A stretch of 64,000 nucleotides of DNA from assembly GCF_006345805.1 (NCBI RefSeq), contig NC_042999.1:58652001-58716000 (forward strand), written 5' to 3'. Below the pieces are notes generated by a model. The model was given only the letters and a program-made list of their open reading frames with translations. It was not told where the DNA came from and searched no databases. The position numbers and the translations under genes were made by a program. Of the stretch, positions 12,605-25,612 are shown in pieces (the first letter of the stretch is position 1; every line of letters begins with the position of its first letter). Origin of the DNA: Octopus sinensis. Taxonomy: Eukaryota.

Positions 12605-12899
12605 CATACGGATGTATATATATTATACATGAACAGATGATAGTTATACATACATATCCATACATATCCATACATATACATATATATATATGTGTGTGTG
12701 TATATATATATATAATATGTACATTTTATTGAAAGTTATATATACATAGGAATGTATATATATTATGCATACATACATATACATATGCATACACACACAT
12801 ATATGTATGTGTGTGTGTATGTAGGGATGTGGATGTGGGTATGTGGGTGTGTGGTGGGGTGTTGACGGAGTGGGCATCAATAAAAAGAGAAGGTGGGTA

Positions 12900-13385
12900 G
12901 GAATGAAGAGAGGAAGTAGCTGTCAGATGAGAAAAGGAGAGGAAGGGAGTTCAAGTGGCGCAAAGGTGCGAAGAGAGAATATTAAATCCTGTTCACGGTG
13001 AAGGCGAGAGTCCAGATGTTCCCTGTGCAAAGACAATCCGAACACAAACAGGTATTGTAGGGAATGACCGGTAGAACGGAAGTTGCGCGAGACTGGGGTG
13101 TCATTGCCGAGTCTGGTGTCTCGGAGGTGCTCCTCGAACCGGTCAGCCAAGCGGCGTGCCGGTGACCGATGTACAGAGAAGGGCAGAAAGAGCAGGAGAT
13201 GCAGTAAATGGCGTTGCTAGAAGTGCAAGTAAAGGAGCCGGTGATATGATAGGGACGATGATGGGTGCCTTTGAGGATGATGGGTATCTATGAAGATGAT
13301 GGTGTTGGAAAAGTTGGGGCAAGTGCGATGTTATGCTAAGATGTTCCTGACTTTGGGTAAAAGAAGGTACAGGTGGATCAGTCAA
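12900..13385 (-). mobile_element. Penelope-like element fragment (GIY-YIG endonuclease region)
   Basis: Minus strand gives HITGSFTCTSSNAIYCISCSFCPSLYIG-(fs)-GRRLADRFEEHLRD..TPVSRNF..GHSL..RLHREQDLIFSLRTFAP, the PLE GIY-YIG signature. Confidence 0.8.
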
Positions 13386-13545
13386 TTATGATTTTATTCA
13401 ACGTATTCCCCTCTCAAATTCACAAACTTATTGCAGCGGTCCTTCAGTTTTTGTAAGCCATGTAAAAGAACTCGGGAATTTGGGCCTCCAAACAGGTCTT
13501 TCACGATACCCCTAAAACCAGGAATTTTTCAGAAACCCCTTGTAT
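13386..13545. mobile_element. Mariner-like MITE, partial
   Basis: Ends aaaaccaggaatttttcagaaaccccttg-ta, an approximate reverse complement of the TIR cgagggggagctaaaaagttcttggtttt at 42945. Confidence 0.45.
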
Positions 13546-14187
13546 AAATACAAAACACGATCCTGCTTTTATTTGCAATAAAAAAACTTTAAGCTAAATG
13601 TTTTCCCCATTGAAACAGGCCAATATTTCATCATATTAGTCTTTTAATAATAAATTGACATCATGATTATTGTACTTTTAGTGAACAGAGAAGTAATAGA
13701 CTATCAACATTGCTGCAATTCGCAAGTTCTCGTAGTTTTCCACTGTAATCATTTATCAGAAAGTAAAGTACATTAAAAAGTAATAACTAAAAATAATATA
13801 AATAGTTGTTTTCACGACTCCATCACGTTGGTACATTTATTAGTTCTTTTATGTATATGCATATATATATATATGCATACATATAAGTGTGTGTGTGTGT
13901 GTGTGTGTGAGTATGAAAAGCTACTATTCAGAATATTTTTGATAACACATTTGAAAGAATCTACAGAATACAAATATTTTCATCAGATATTTTGAAAGAG
14001 TTGTTTGCGCATGTTCGCCAATATTTTAGTGTGTGTATATGTAACTACGTATGCGTCTATGTGTGCAAAATTTATTGCCATTTAGTGTTGTGTCTCCTCC
14101 ATCCTTTATTCGTCTATATTTTGGCGCTGTTGTTCATTTCTATCTATTTTTTTCTGGGTAATACGTTTGTTTGTGTTTGGTGTATAT

Positions 14188-14256
<69 letters not shown>

Positions 14257-15492
14257 TACATATGTATGTGTGTATGTATATATATATATATATGTGTGTA
14301 TGTGTATATATATATATATATATATATTTATGTATCTCTGAATATAAAGATATACGAATATATGCCTATACATATATACAATATAAATGTATATATACAT
14401 ATGTATACATATGTATATATGTACATATGCATCTATATATACGTATGTATATATAAGTGTATATGTATGTGGGTGGTGTAGAAATGATATATATATATAT
14501 ATATATATAATATCTTTCATACCGTAATATTCTATTGATTAATATAATGTACATGAAATGCATTTATATATGAAATGTATTTATTTACTTATTTATTAGC
14601 TTTCCATATAGAAATGTTGTATTGGAAAAATATTGCCAAAGAAAAAAAATAATAATATATAGTAACCGGAAATAATATTATGTTTTCAGAAATATACGCA
14701 GCGAATATAAATTATAATAGTGGGTGTATGTCTTCAGTACACTTTAGAGAAAATTTTAAAATCATGGTAGTATTTGCTTTGTCGTTCTAAAATTAGTGGA
14801 AATAAGAAGAAACACCACAAAACATATTATAAATGAAGTGGATGCTTGTGTACAATGTCAGGTAGTACACAACCATAAAGTTTCCTAAACGAAATTTTCC
14901 CTTCAACTTGCTTTAAGATATACGCATTTATAGAAAAGCATTCTGTAAAGTACAATATCAAAAGAGTTCGTTCAGTCTTTTATATTTTCCTTGGATTGAT
15001 GTTATTTTTTTCTCTCTCAACCAAAGAGTTCCATTTAGTATATGGTTTGATTTATTGTTTTCTGTAAATAAAAGGTCATTTTTTACGTAGTAAAACTCAG
15101 TAATACACAGGTTTGTATAATCCAAACATATAAGCATACTCGCAGACACACACACACATAACATAACACATGTGCGTCTGTGGTTGTGTGTGAAGAAGAG
15201 GAAAAGATAGATTGGAAGCAAAAACCTGTAAATACAACTAGCTGATAGAATATAGTCGCAAACTCCGGCACATAAACACATATTTACAGGTTTACAGGTT
15301 TTAAAGAAATAGGTTGCGAAAACATAAATGCATGGCGCTTCGTATGAGTGTGCGTGTGTGTCTGTGTACGTGTATGTATGTCTATTTTGACTCACACACA
15401 TACGCACACATATATATGTGTGTGTGAGCGTATTGATATATATGTGCATGTATATATATATATGTATATATGTGTGTGTATATATATGTGCG

Positions 15493-15525
<33 letters not shown>

Positions 15526-15591
15526 ATATATGTATACATATGCATATGTATACATATACATTCATATACATACATAAGCTATTTATCCATC

Positions 15592-15624
<33 letters not shown>

Positions 15625-15718
15625 ATATGCATATATACATATATATATACATACATATACACACATATATATATACATAGATTTATATATACATATACAG
15701 TCATAAATGTATATATGT

Positions 15719-15872
<154 letters not shown>

Positions 15873-15900
15873 CATATATATATAGACATATATATATATA

Positions 15901-16103
15901 TATAAAATATTATTTGAGACAAAACCACTATTTTGCAATAATTTGTAACTGAATTATTGGAAGTCCACCTGAAGATTGTCGATCAAGACAAGAAACGATT
16001 GTAGTGGCGGTTTTTTTGACTATTTATTAAATTTTATGTATTGATTAAATCTTTCCTTGTTTGTTTTGCAAAATAGTGGTTTTGTCTCAAATAATATTTT
16101 ATA
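15901..16103. mobile_element. MITE with perfect 38-bp terminal inverted repeats next to a (TA)n tract
   Basis: 15901-15938 tataaaatattatttgagacaaaaccactattttgcaa is the exact reverse complement of 16066-16103. Confidence 0.8.
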
Positions 16104-17239
16104 ATATTTTACTATAAAATTGGATTTAATCCTAAATCTGATTTTTTTCCCTGTAAATTTGGATATATTCCCTAATATTTATTATTATTATATATATATA
16201 TATATATATGTATATACGTATATGTATATATATGTATATAGATAGATAAACAGATATAGCTTATGAAAATATATATGCAAGAATATTTGTTTGTGTACGT
16301 TTGTGTGTGCGCGTGTGTGGACATGCATTTGTGTGTGTGCATGTGTGTGTTTGCATGTGTGCATGTGTGCGTGTGTGTGTGTATTTTTGCAATATGTCAT
16401 GTGGTTCAATCTCAACATGAACTCTTATACTGGCGAATATTTTCTAAATTTGATTTCAAAACAGTTCACCGTCGGCAACAAACTGCGTAAACTCTTCAAA
16501 TACTAACATTCTGAGGTGATTTTCATTTGCTTTCTCAGCCTCTGCCATATTATTGCATACAGTTACCGCACTAACCCCCAGCATGAACTTAGCTACCATG
16601 CACTCAAACGACTTTATGCCTTATAACGAAGGCACTTATCTATCTTCTAAAATCGCTGAAAGGAGAGACAAGCACCGAGATAAGCAATTATGTAATTGTA
16701 ACATTGGTGAGCTGTGCTTTCATGGTCTCAAATATAATGATGAAGATCAAGTCTACCAGCCATATGTGCATTTTGTTGTAACAAAATTGAAAATGCAGCA
16801 AATAATATATAAAGCAGAATTTATAAAAACTGTTACGTAAATCATAAAAGTAACTTTACTTGTGAATGAAAGAGGAAGAAGGCATTTTGTACGAGGTTTT
16901 GAGCGACTGAAATGTAGACAGGAAACTTTAAAATTCTTTGTTCCAGCTTTGCGTGCAGGATGAACATACTAACAACAATCTAAGGCCTTCTCAACGAAGA
17001 AGCCAGATTTCTTGGTAAATGTCTTTAGGAAAATCTATTATACCCGTCTAACGATAATAGAACATGTAAATCATATTCGATTGCTAGCTGTAGATAACTA
17101 ACCTCCTTTAATGATTTGTTTAATTGTTTTGAATATTCTTCGTGTTTAAGGTGATCTTTTAATTCTCAGGGTATTTCTCAATGACATTTTATTCTGAGAA
17201 ATGATATTATACGCTCCTGCATTTCTCGTAATTTGTGTC

Positions 17240-17585
17240 TATATATAATGGAAAGCATGAATAATATCTGAAGAGTCTTGTCTTTCTCAATTCTTGGATA
17301 TGTTTCTTTTGCCAGAAAAGGTCCGCGGATTCTACCTTCAGCTTGTTATGTCAGCAATGACTAATACATCTGAGCGTGCTTTCGTATTGTCTACCTGATA
17401 TATACAATCTTTTGGTATCGCTTTTTTAAAATCATATGTTGACACCATGCTGTATTTAGAATAGCATGGAGCATTCCGGTGCATGTGTCATTTAGAGTTT
17501 TCTTCATGGAATCTGTAATGTCCATGGTGTCGAACCATAAACTAAAGCTGGCACAACTGCAACTCAGAAGAATCTATTCTAGTTT
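17240..17585 (-). mobile_element. RTE-clade LINE, C-terminal segment
   Basis: Minus strand: NRFF*VAVVPALVYGSTPWTL..MKKTLNDTCTGMLHAILNTAWCQH..TIR..LRCISHC*..ADLFWQ. Confidence 0.7.
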
Positions 17586-17589
17586 ATCG

Positions 17590-18172
17590 CAGAAAATTAG
17601 ATTTCCATACATTATCCGAACAATTAAGGAAAACTATGAGAGCTATTGCTAGACTACGGCGTTCCTGGAGAAACTGTGTGATATAAGGATGATATATCAG
17701 CACATTAGAGCTAAAATTCGTTGTGCTGACGGTGACACTAACTACTTTTAGATTACTGCCGGAGTGCTACAAGGTGACACCCTTGCATCGTACTTTTTCA
17801 AAATATGCCTTGACTCTGTACGAAGGAAAACATTGGACTAAAACAAACATCATATAGATTTGACTGACATTAGGAAAGGAGTAATAAATTTTCTGACAAG
17901 AAATTTGCAGATGCAGATTATGCTAATGATCTGCGAATAATCACTGATCATATGAAAGGTGCCAATATCCTCCTACATCCTCTAGACGAAAATGCCAATG
18001 AAATCGGACAGTTTATGAACGTTTCTAAAACAATATACTTATCAAAATCAAGATAAACCTGAAAAAGTTGCACTCTCTGAATGAAAAGCAAATTAGAAAG
18101 AAGAGAACTACAAATATCTTGGAAGTTCTACCGCCAAATGGAAAAGTGACATGGAAATTGGATTAGTAAAGC
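17590..18172 (+). mobile_element. RTE-clade LINE, RT core segment (inverted relative to the adjacent C-terminal segment)
   Basis: GKL*ELLLDYGVP..IYQHIRAKIRCADGDTNYF*ITAGVLQGDTLASYFF..DADYANDL..NVSKT..YKYLGS. Confidence 0.8.
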
Positions 18173-18291
18173 AAAGTAACTATATTTATATATTTTAAAC
18201 ACCATAATTCCACCTCAGTTATTTGTTGCCAATATAAACGCCCCACAGATTCCCTAACTCTGAGTTTACTTTATTCTTTAATGCCTCTAAT

Positions 18292-18595
18292 TTTTTTTTT
18301 ATTTATGCGCCCTTTTCAAGCCTAGCCAGGCTCATGGGCTCGGTTTCCCGGTTTCTGTGGCGTATGTGTTCCCCACCAGCTGGACGGGACGCCAGTCCAT
18401 CGCAGCGTTACTCAAGAAACAGGAAGAAAGTGTGAGAGAAAGTTGGGGCGAAAGAGTACAACAGGGGCGCCATCACCCCCTGTCGGAGCCTCGTAGAGCT
18501 TTAGGTGTTTTCGCTCAATAACACACACAATGCCCGGTCTGGGAATCGAAACGGCGAGTTCGCTGCCCTAACCACTGGGCCATTGCGCCCCCACG
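18292..18595 (-). mobile_element. SINE family C (head C1, tail type 2) with poly(A) and 12-bp TSD
   Basis: TSD aatgcctctaat at 18280-18291 and 18596-18607; tail gcgatggactggcgtcccgtccag..ggcttgaaaagggcgcataaata(A)n. Confidence 0.9.
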
Positions 18596-20215
18596 AATGC
18601 CTCTAATACCGTTAAGAATGGGTAACCATGTCAGAACGCATCTTGAACAATAATGGTAAGTACGAAATTAATATAGTGTGGTTGATATCACTACAAAGCG
18701 TCAATGCCATTGTCTGATTGATAGTCGCATTAAATGCATTTGTATAATTATTTTGTCCCGTTATCTTTTTAGTTCTAATCCACCTGTGTACAATTTGCTC
18801 CTGAATCAGATATAGTATGTAACTATAGTATACAAGGCTCAAACTAAGCTACAATATCTTAAAGCCATATTTATACATGCCATTACTTTTGTGATACGGT
18901 CTCCTAGAACGTATTTCTTGCATTAAATATGATTTTATGAAATACGATCAAAACCAACCTGATGTGATAATTTTTTTTTCTTTCTGTGATGAAAATATAT
19001 AGAAGGAATAATCCCGAATTACTCAATACCTCCTTTAAAATATAATTTCATACATATCTAATATTAAATCAAGTGTCTTTAAAATCATTATATAAGAATA
19101 TATATGGATGAGATGAGAGAGAAGTGAGAGTGGAAAATTGAATTTATAATTCACACTTCTATTTCTACTATGATTGATAAATGAACTTCTAGAAAAGTGA
19201 TGGAGCAATGATTTGAAACTGACTAAACATATGAATAATTCCTTTTACTATGACAGTCGATAATTAAATGGCGGAAGGATATCCTTTCGTTCAATCTGGA
19301 ATATGATTCACTTTTATAATCTTATTAAGAAATCATTATTAAATTTAACCTAGCTGCTAGATTCATTTATTTTCATTTCTTCTATAATACATAACTTGCT
19401 TTTTCTCATTTTAGTTATATTACTTTTATTTATTAATATTGTACAACTACAAATTGCATTCTGCGAGCGACATAAATTTAATAGCCAAGTAATATGAACT
19501 TGCCATCATTTGATACCTGATGTACACAATCTGAAATGGAAGTGACAAATGTTCATTTTATAATTTTTTTTTATGATTGATTCACCTATCAAGAAGAATG
19601 CTTTTGTCGACTCTCATAAACGATTAGATTCCGCGAATATGATATGTGCTCTGGAAACCTGAAGGTAAATGTACTATAATTTATGTTTTCACTTCACATT
19701 TAATGCCATATTCACCTTGATTCTATACATTTCGTTCTCTATTTCAACCATTTACAATACATTTTATGCTTTTAAAAGAGAAAAAAATATATTTCCCCTG
19801 TTCCAGAATCGATATCCACCATGTATCTTCTGACAGAATGTTAAGGAACAAACAATAATTTTAACGTATTCGTTATCATGATCGAATAATTTCTATCTAA
19901 ATTTTATGTAAACTAAACAACAATTCAGCTCAAGTACTCTTCTGCTATACTCCAAGGTTGATTAATGAGAGTGAATTATAATCAGAAGGCTTAGGTAAAA
20001 TCTAAATCCAGTAACTTATTTTTCTAACAAATTTCAGAAAAAAACATCTGCGCAATTATTTTATTTACAACTTGTAAAATTGATTTTTTATTATCCACAA
20101 TGGACTATACATAGATGGGACAATGCAAACATAAACTCGGGGAACTTGAAATACAAAAAGAGGATCAATTATGACGAAAAAATTGAAGAAATCGAATGAA
20201 ATATGAAAAGATATC

Positions 20216-21507
20216 CGAGGGGTGTTCAATAAGTAATACCCCTGATCCACTTGCAGTTGTTTGATCTAGCTGAAATTTTGCATGTGCACTTATTTATATC
20301 TCTATAGATTAAGTGGCAAATTACAGCTCTGAACTAATTGTGGTTTCTGATTTACAGGTGTTTGAACTGAGTCAAGTGTGAAATGGAGCCTGTTGAGTGT
20401 CGAGCAGTGATCTGGTTTTTGTATTTGAAAGGACGCACACCACGGGAGACTTTTGATGAAATGAAAGTAACTTATGTTGATGATGCCCCATCATATGACC
20501 TTGTAAAACGCTGGCATTGTGAATTCAAACATAGTCGGAACTCTGTGGAAACAGCTCCTAGATCTGGTCGCCCCCTTCTGCCGTTGATGAGACGTCTGTC
20601 CGTCAGGTTGAGGCTGCCATTTTGGAAGGTCAACGGATAACTATTCGCCAAATAGCCCATAAGGTCAAGATTAGTACCGGGTCTGTGGAAACTATCATTC
20701 ATGACCATTTGCATATGCAAAAGGTGTCTGCCAGATGGATTTCCAGGTTGCTGACACCTTTCCAGAAGCAAGAACGCGTTGAGTGCTCGAGGATGAATTT
20801 GGAGATGTGCCAAGAAGATGAGTCAAAAGTTTTCAAAAGACTGATCACACAGGATAAAACCTGGGTCCATTACTATGATCCATAGACCAAAGCCCAGTCA
20901 ATGCAGTGAAAGCACCGTGACTCACCTCCTCCAAAGAAGGCAAGGGTGCAGCCCTCCGCTGGCAAGGTCATGCTCACAGTCTTCTGGGGCCAGGACGGAG
21001 TAGTGATGACAGATTTCCTGGCAAAGGGTACCACAATTACAGGAGCCTATTATGCTTCACTTTTGAGGAAATTAAGAGAAGCTATCAAAATCAAGAGGCG
21101 GGGCAAGATCAGCAAAGGCATCCTCCTCCTGCAGGACAACGCTCCGGTCCACAACTCGCGTGTCGCCAGATCAGAAGCACAGGTGTGCAGCTATGAACTC
21201 CTCCCCCATCCCCCCTACTCTCCTGACCTTGCACCCTCTAATTTTCACCTCTTCCCAGCCATGAAGTTGATTTTGAAAGGAAAGCGTTTCCCAGATGATG
21301 CAGCCTTGATTTCTGAAGTCACGTCGTGGTTGGAGGACCAAGCTGGGGTCTTCTACAAAAACGGTCTCCAGAGCTGTATCAAACGATGGGGGAAATGCAT
21401 AACTCTGGGTGGTTCCTATGTAGGAGAAGACTAATAACTGTGCCAAGTTTCGTTGCTCTACTACTATGGGAAGTGGGTCAGAGGCATTACTTATTGAACG
21501 CCCCTCG
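20216..21507 (+). mobile_element. Full-length (1292 bp) disabled mariner transposon, probably irritans-like
   Basis: TIRs cgagggg(t/c)gttcaataagtaat..; transposase pieces MEPVECRAVIWFLYLKG..PRSGRP, ITQDKTWVHYYDP, GKVMLTVFW, LLQDNAPVH, HPPYSPDLAPSNFHLF. Frameshift near 20580, in-frame stops near 20883 and 20907, and the third catalytic D reads N. Confidence 0.95.
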
Positions 21508-21675
21508 TAATAATGAAGCGCAATGCCCACTCGACCCCCGAAGTTGAGTGGTTAATTTACAACTTGTAAAATAATAACTTTCACGGAATACACATTTTAT
21601 AATAGAAAGTAGCTGAATGAAATTTACATAATTTCGTTTAGAAATAGTTGAAAGACTATTTCTGAATTATCTAGG

Positions 21676-21977
21676 TGGAGGCACATGGCCTAGTGGTTAG
21701 ACCAGCAGACTCGCGGTCAGGGATCGCGGGTTCGAATCTCAGACCGGGCGATGTGTGTGTTTATGAGCGAAACACCTAAGCTCCATGCGGCTCCAGCAGA
21801 AGGTAATGGCGAACTTCTGTTGACTCTTTCGCCACAACTTTCTTTCACTCTTTCCTCCTGCATCTTGCAGCACACCTGCGACGGACCGGCGTCCCGTCCA
21901 GGTGGGGAACCTATACGCTAAGGAAATCGGGAAACCGGCCCCTATGAGCCAGGCATGGCTCGAGAAGGAACAGAGAA
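21676..21977 (+). mobile_element. SINE family C (head C2) with 11-bp TSD
   Basis: TSD aattatctagg at 21665-21675 and 21978-21988; tggcctagtggttag and gggttcgaatctc A/B-box-like motifs; tail gcgacggaccggcgtcccgtccagg. Confidence 0.9.
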
Positions 21978-23387
21978 AATTATCTAGGGATGCCATCTTT
22001 CTGAAATACCGTAGTTGAATAAATATTAGCATTAAAAATGTTGTGAGCAAGAAATCCATATAAATAAATAATCGTTGTGATGAAAAGCAGAAAACACAAC
22101 TTCACTGGTTTATATAAATTTAAAAAATGATCGATATGAAAGAGTGACAATCCTGAATTTATGATGAATTTAAATTAGAATTACGCATGCAGTGAAAAGA
22201 TTAAGACATAATCTTGAAAACTGTTATTTATGTAATCCAGTCGCTGAAAAGTCAGCGACAACACTATATTTCAATCGTATTAGACCTCATCAGCGAAACA
22301 AACTTTTCCACTACTTACCATATCCATTGATAGGTAATGAATATTTAGATGTATCAGAAATGTACACGATTTCCTATGGCATCTTTATATAATACTGGGG
22401 GAAATTACATGGAGTAAAATATTCTTATGAAACGCTAAAGTTGGATGAATATCGACAATGTTAATGTAGTTTGCATATTACATTTTAATTTAGTTAGTGT
22501 ATTAAAATTAATGCTAATACTGACGTTAATACTTTCAGTTCTCCACTGCGTAACTCAAATTTTAATTAACAGAAGTTTTTGCATCTTCGCCTTGGCAAAC
22601 CGAAGTTGCTGCTGGTTTTTTCTACTAACCTTAACGAGCAAAAATGTAGTAACTGCACAATAATACTACCTCGTAAGTAACTCAGAATGCTTTTGATTAC
22701 TTTGCACTTTATAAACGAATCAAAGCACGAGGCAGACGAAATAAACGATAAATAAGTTTTGACTCGTTAATTTTCTGTTAAAGTAAAAACAGAGAGAAAA
22801 ACATATTTCAAAGAACTGAAATGTGTGGTAAAAAACAAAAAATATGAAACTGATTCGAGAGTATTAAATATAGGATTAATACTTATTTATCGTAAATGTA
22901 ACGCATTCAGAGTGATGAAAACTGAAGGAAAATTCCATAAATTAAAATAGAAATTTAGAGCTGCTGCTCTACATCTTTAAAATGGAATAGTTAAACACCT
23001 GAGATTTTTGTGTGTTTGTGACTCAGTGTGAAGTCTTTGCCTTTATTTTATGTGAGGCCAAATCACATTTAATACCCCGTAACTCATTGTGTCAGACAAT
23101 GCAATCGTGTCTCAGTGGTTTGTGATGTTTCACTTTTATTTTTTCACGTATTTAATATCTTTACGGAACTCCTCGTACACTTTACACGCTATTATTTATA
23201 GCTTTACCTGCTTCGAGTTTCGCCGTGAAGGCGATTTTATGCCTCTCTAAAGTTTTACATTAAGACGCAAATAACATGGATACATACATATCATAAATAT
23301 TTGCACAAAAATATATATACGAACAGAGATTATACATGCTTCATAAGTATGCGTAAATATATATGTGTGTGTGTGTATGTGTATGTA

Positions 23388-23476
23388 TGGCGTGGCTCCC
23401 GGTCTTGCCAGCTCCTGTCAAAACGTCCAACACCTGCTAGCATGGAAAACGGACTTAAATAATGACGATGATAATG
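23388..23476 (+). mobile_element. 3' tail fragment of a retroposon with (GAT)n end
   Basis: cgtccaacacctgctagcatggaaaacggacttaaat(gat)-like end; a related degenerate tail lies at about 53815-53885. Confidence 0.4.
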
Positions 23477-24019
23477 CTGATCTTTCTATCTATCTATATC
23501 TCTAAGAAATCAATATTGCTGATGTAAGCCCCCAAGTCAACTCTAACCATTACGATTTTTCTCCTATTTGCAGAAGTTCAACGCTACATTATATTGCAAT
23601 GTATTCTTTTCAAAACAACAGAATAATATTTCAAGGGGGGTTTTGACGGTTATTTCTCGCAGGCCGAGCGACCAAACCACATAGAGGTTCACGAAAGCGT
23701 AAAGGCGTGAAGAGATAATGTGTGATTGTAAAATAACATTAATGTTACCAATTATTGTTTTGTTTGCTTGAGGTAATATGTCACACTGCAGAGACTTCAG
23801 AGAAGATGTGGGCTATTGCACATTAATTAGTTGAATTCAATGAATATATATGGCACATAAACATGGTTGCATACTTTTGTTTATGCGCACATTTATTATA
23901 TTATATAGAATAAGAATATGTATCTATTTATACAATACGAATGTATGTGTAAATGTTTGCTTGTCATGTATGAATGGTATACATATAGCGGCGCACGTAC
24001 CTTCTTCTCACCTTGTAAG

Positions 24020-24061
<42 letters not shown>

Positions 24062-24774
24062 CAAGTGTGTATATAAGTATGTGTGCATACTTGTGTTTGC
24101 GTGTGTGTATATATATATGTAAATATTTATTCATGCTCACACACTCACACACACACACACACACACACACATATGTACATATATGTATGGCTGAATATTT
24201 GTAGAAATGTAAGTATGAATGTACGTAGGTGTGTATATACATTGGGAAGAAGAGTAGAAAAGTGAAAAGCGAAGCGCTGAATTATAAGTGGTAAAGAAGC
24301 CAGGAAGGAAGAAAGAAACAAGAAGAAAACAAGAGGGAAAGGGAATCAGAAGAATAATGAAGAGAAAGAGCGCAAGAGCGGAAGGAAGGAAAGAAGAAAA
24401 AATCCACCGAAGAAAGTCAAACTAAAATAAAAGAAGCATGGCAAAAAAGAAGATAGAAAAAAATCAAAAACAAAAACGGATTCGGGCAAGGAATTAATTG
24501 CCAACTTGAGAACACCTGGTGTTTTTTCAAACTAATTCCATAAAATGTGCTGTAAATGGGTTAAATAACGTTCGAAGGCAGCGAGTTGGAAGAGTGATTC
24601 GAACATCGGATCGAATGCCTTGCGGTAGCTGTTCCATCTCCCTGCGATCTGATTTCAAATCCTTTGTCATTCTTACTCCATTGTGCTCGTCTTTCAAAAG
24701 TCTTGTCTTGTCACATTGTATCAAATTATTTCGATATTAATAGTGACTGTCCGTTCTTCAAAGAACGGAAGTGT

Positions 24775-25145
24775 TTGGAAGTGTTATTATGTACATTGTT
24801 TTGTCTTGGTATAAAAGATGGGCTACAGAAAATATTCTGCTCAATACCACAGATTTGCTTGTCAGTTGTTTGATCTTAACCATTTGAGCTTTTCTTTTGG
24901 TGGCTGACGATATGTGCATCTCTGATCACGAGCAGAAGTAGTGGGGGAGCATCATAGCCATATATTGAGAGGGATTCTTTGGAGTTTGAATAATTCACCT
25001 TTGGAAACTTGGGTGTTTCGTTCAACATCTTTAAACAACCCTTATTCAGGGACCTTTTGAACAAGATGGGTTACTCGACCAGAAGCAAATTCTAACTGGG
25101 CCTCACCTACAAGGTCATGTACTGTTTATCTTGATATGAGATCAC
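24775..25145 (+). mobile_element. Partial copy of non-coding element E
   Basis: Reverse-complement match to 31358-31881 (gtggctgacgatatgtgcatctctgat.acgagcagaagtagtgg; aattctaactgggcctcacctacaaggtcatg). Confidence 0.8.
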
Positions 25146-25154
25146 ATTGTTCAT

Positions 25155-25612
25155 GTCCCCATCACTTAGCGGTTCGGCAAAATGGACCGATAGAATAAGC
25201 ACTAGGCTTACAAAAAATAAGTCCCGGGATCGATTTGCTCGACTAAAGGCGGTGCTCTAGCACAGCTGCAGTCAAACGACTGAAACAAGTAAAGGAAAGT
25301 ATTCTATAGATCTCTTTTGCCGAACCGCTAATTTACGTGTACGTAAACACACCACACTGGTTGCCAAGCGATCGTGGGGGACAAACACAGACAACGACAC
25401 ACGCATGGATACACACACACATAGACACACTCGCACGCACACACACACGACGGGTTTCTTTCAGTTTCTGTCTACCAAATCCATTCCCAAGGTTTTGGTC
25501 GGTCCGAGGCAATAATACAAGACATTTACCCAAAGTACCACGCTGTGGGACACGGAACCCGCAACCGTGGGGCTGGGATGCAAGCTTCTTACCATACAGC
25601 CATGCCTGCGCC
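25155..25612. mobile_element. Two abutting family A SINE pieces in opposite orientation (+ 25155-25300; - 25301-25612)
   Basis: ttagcggttcggcaaaa faces ttttgccgaaccgctaa; the head of the minus copy ends ..cagccatgcctgcgcc. Confidence 0.8.

Noticed and set aside
16700-16930. Possible hAT/Buster transposase relic (C..C motif, FERL)
   Set aside because: The similarity is too weak and frameshifted to support by eye.
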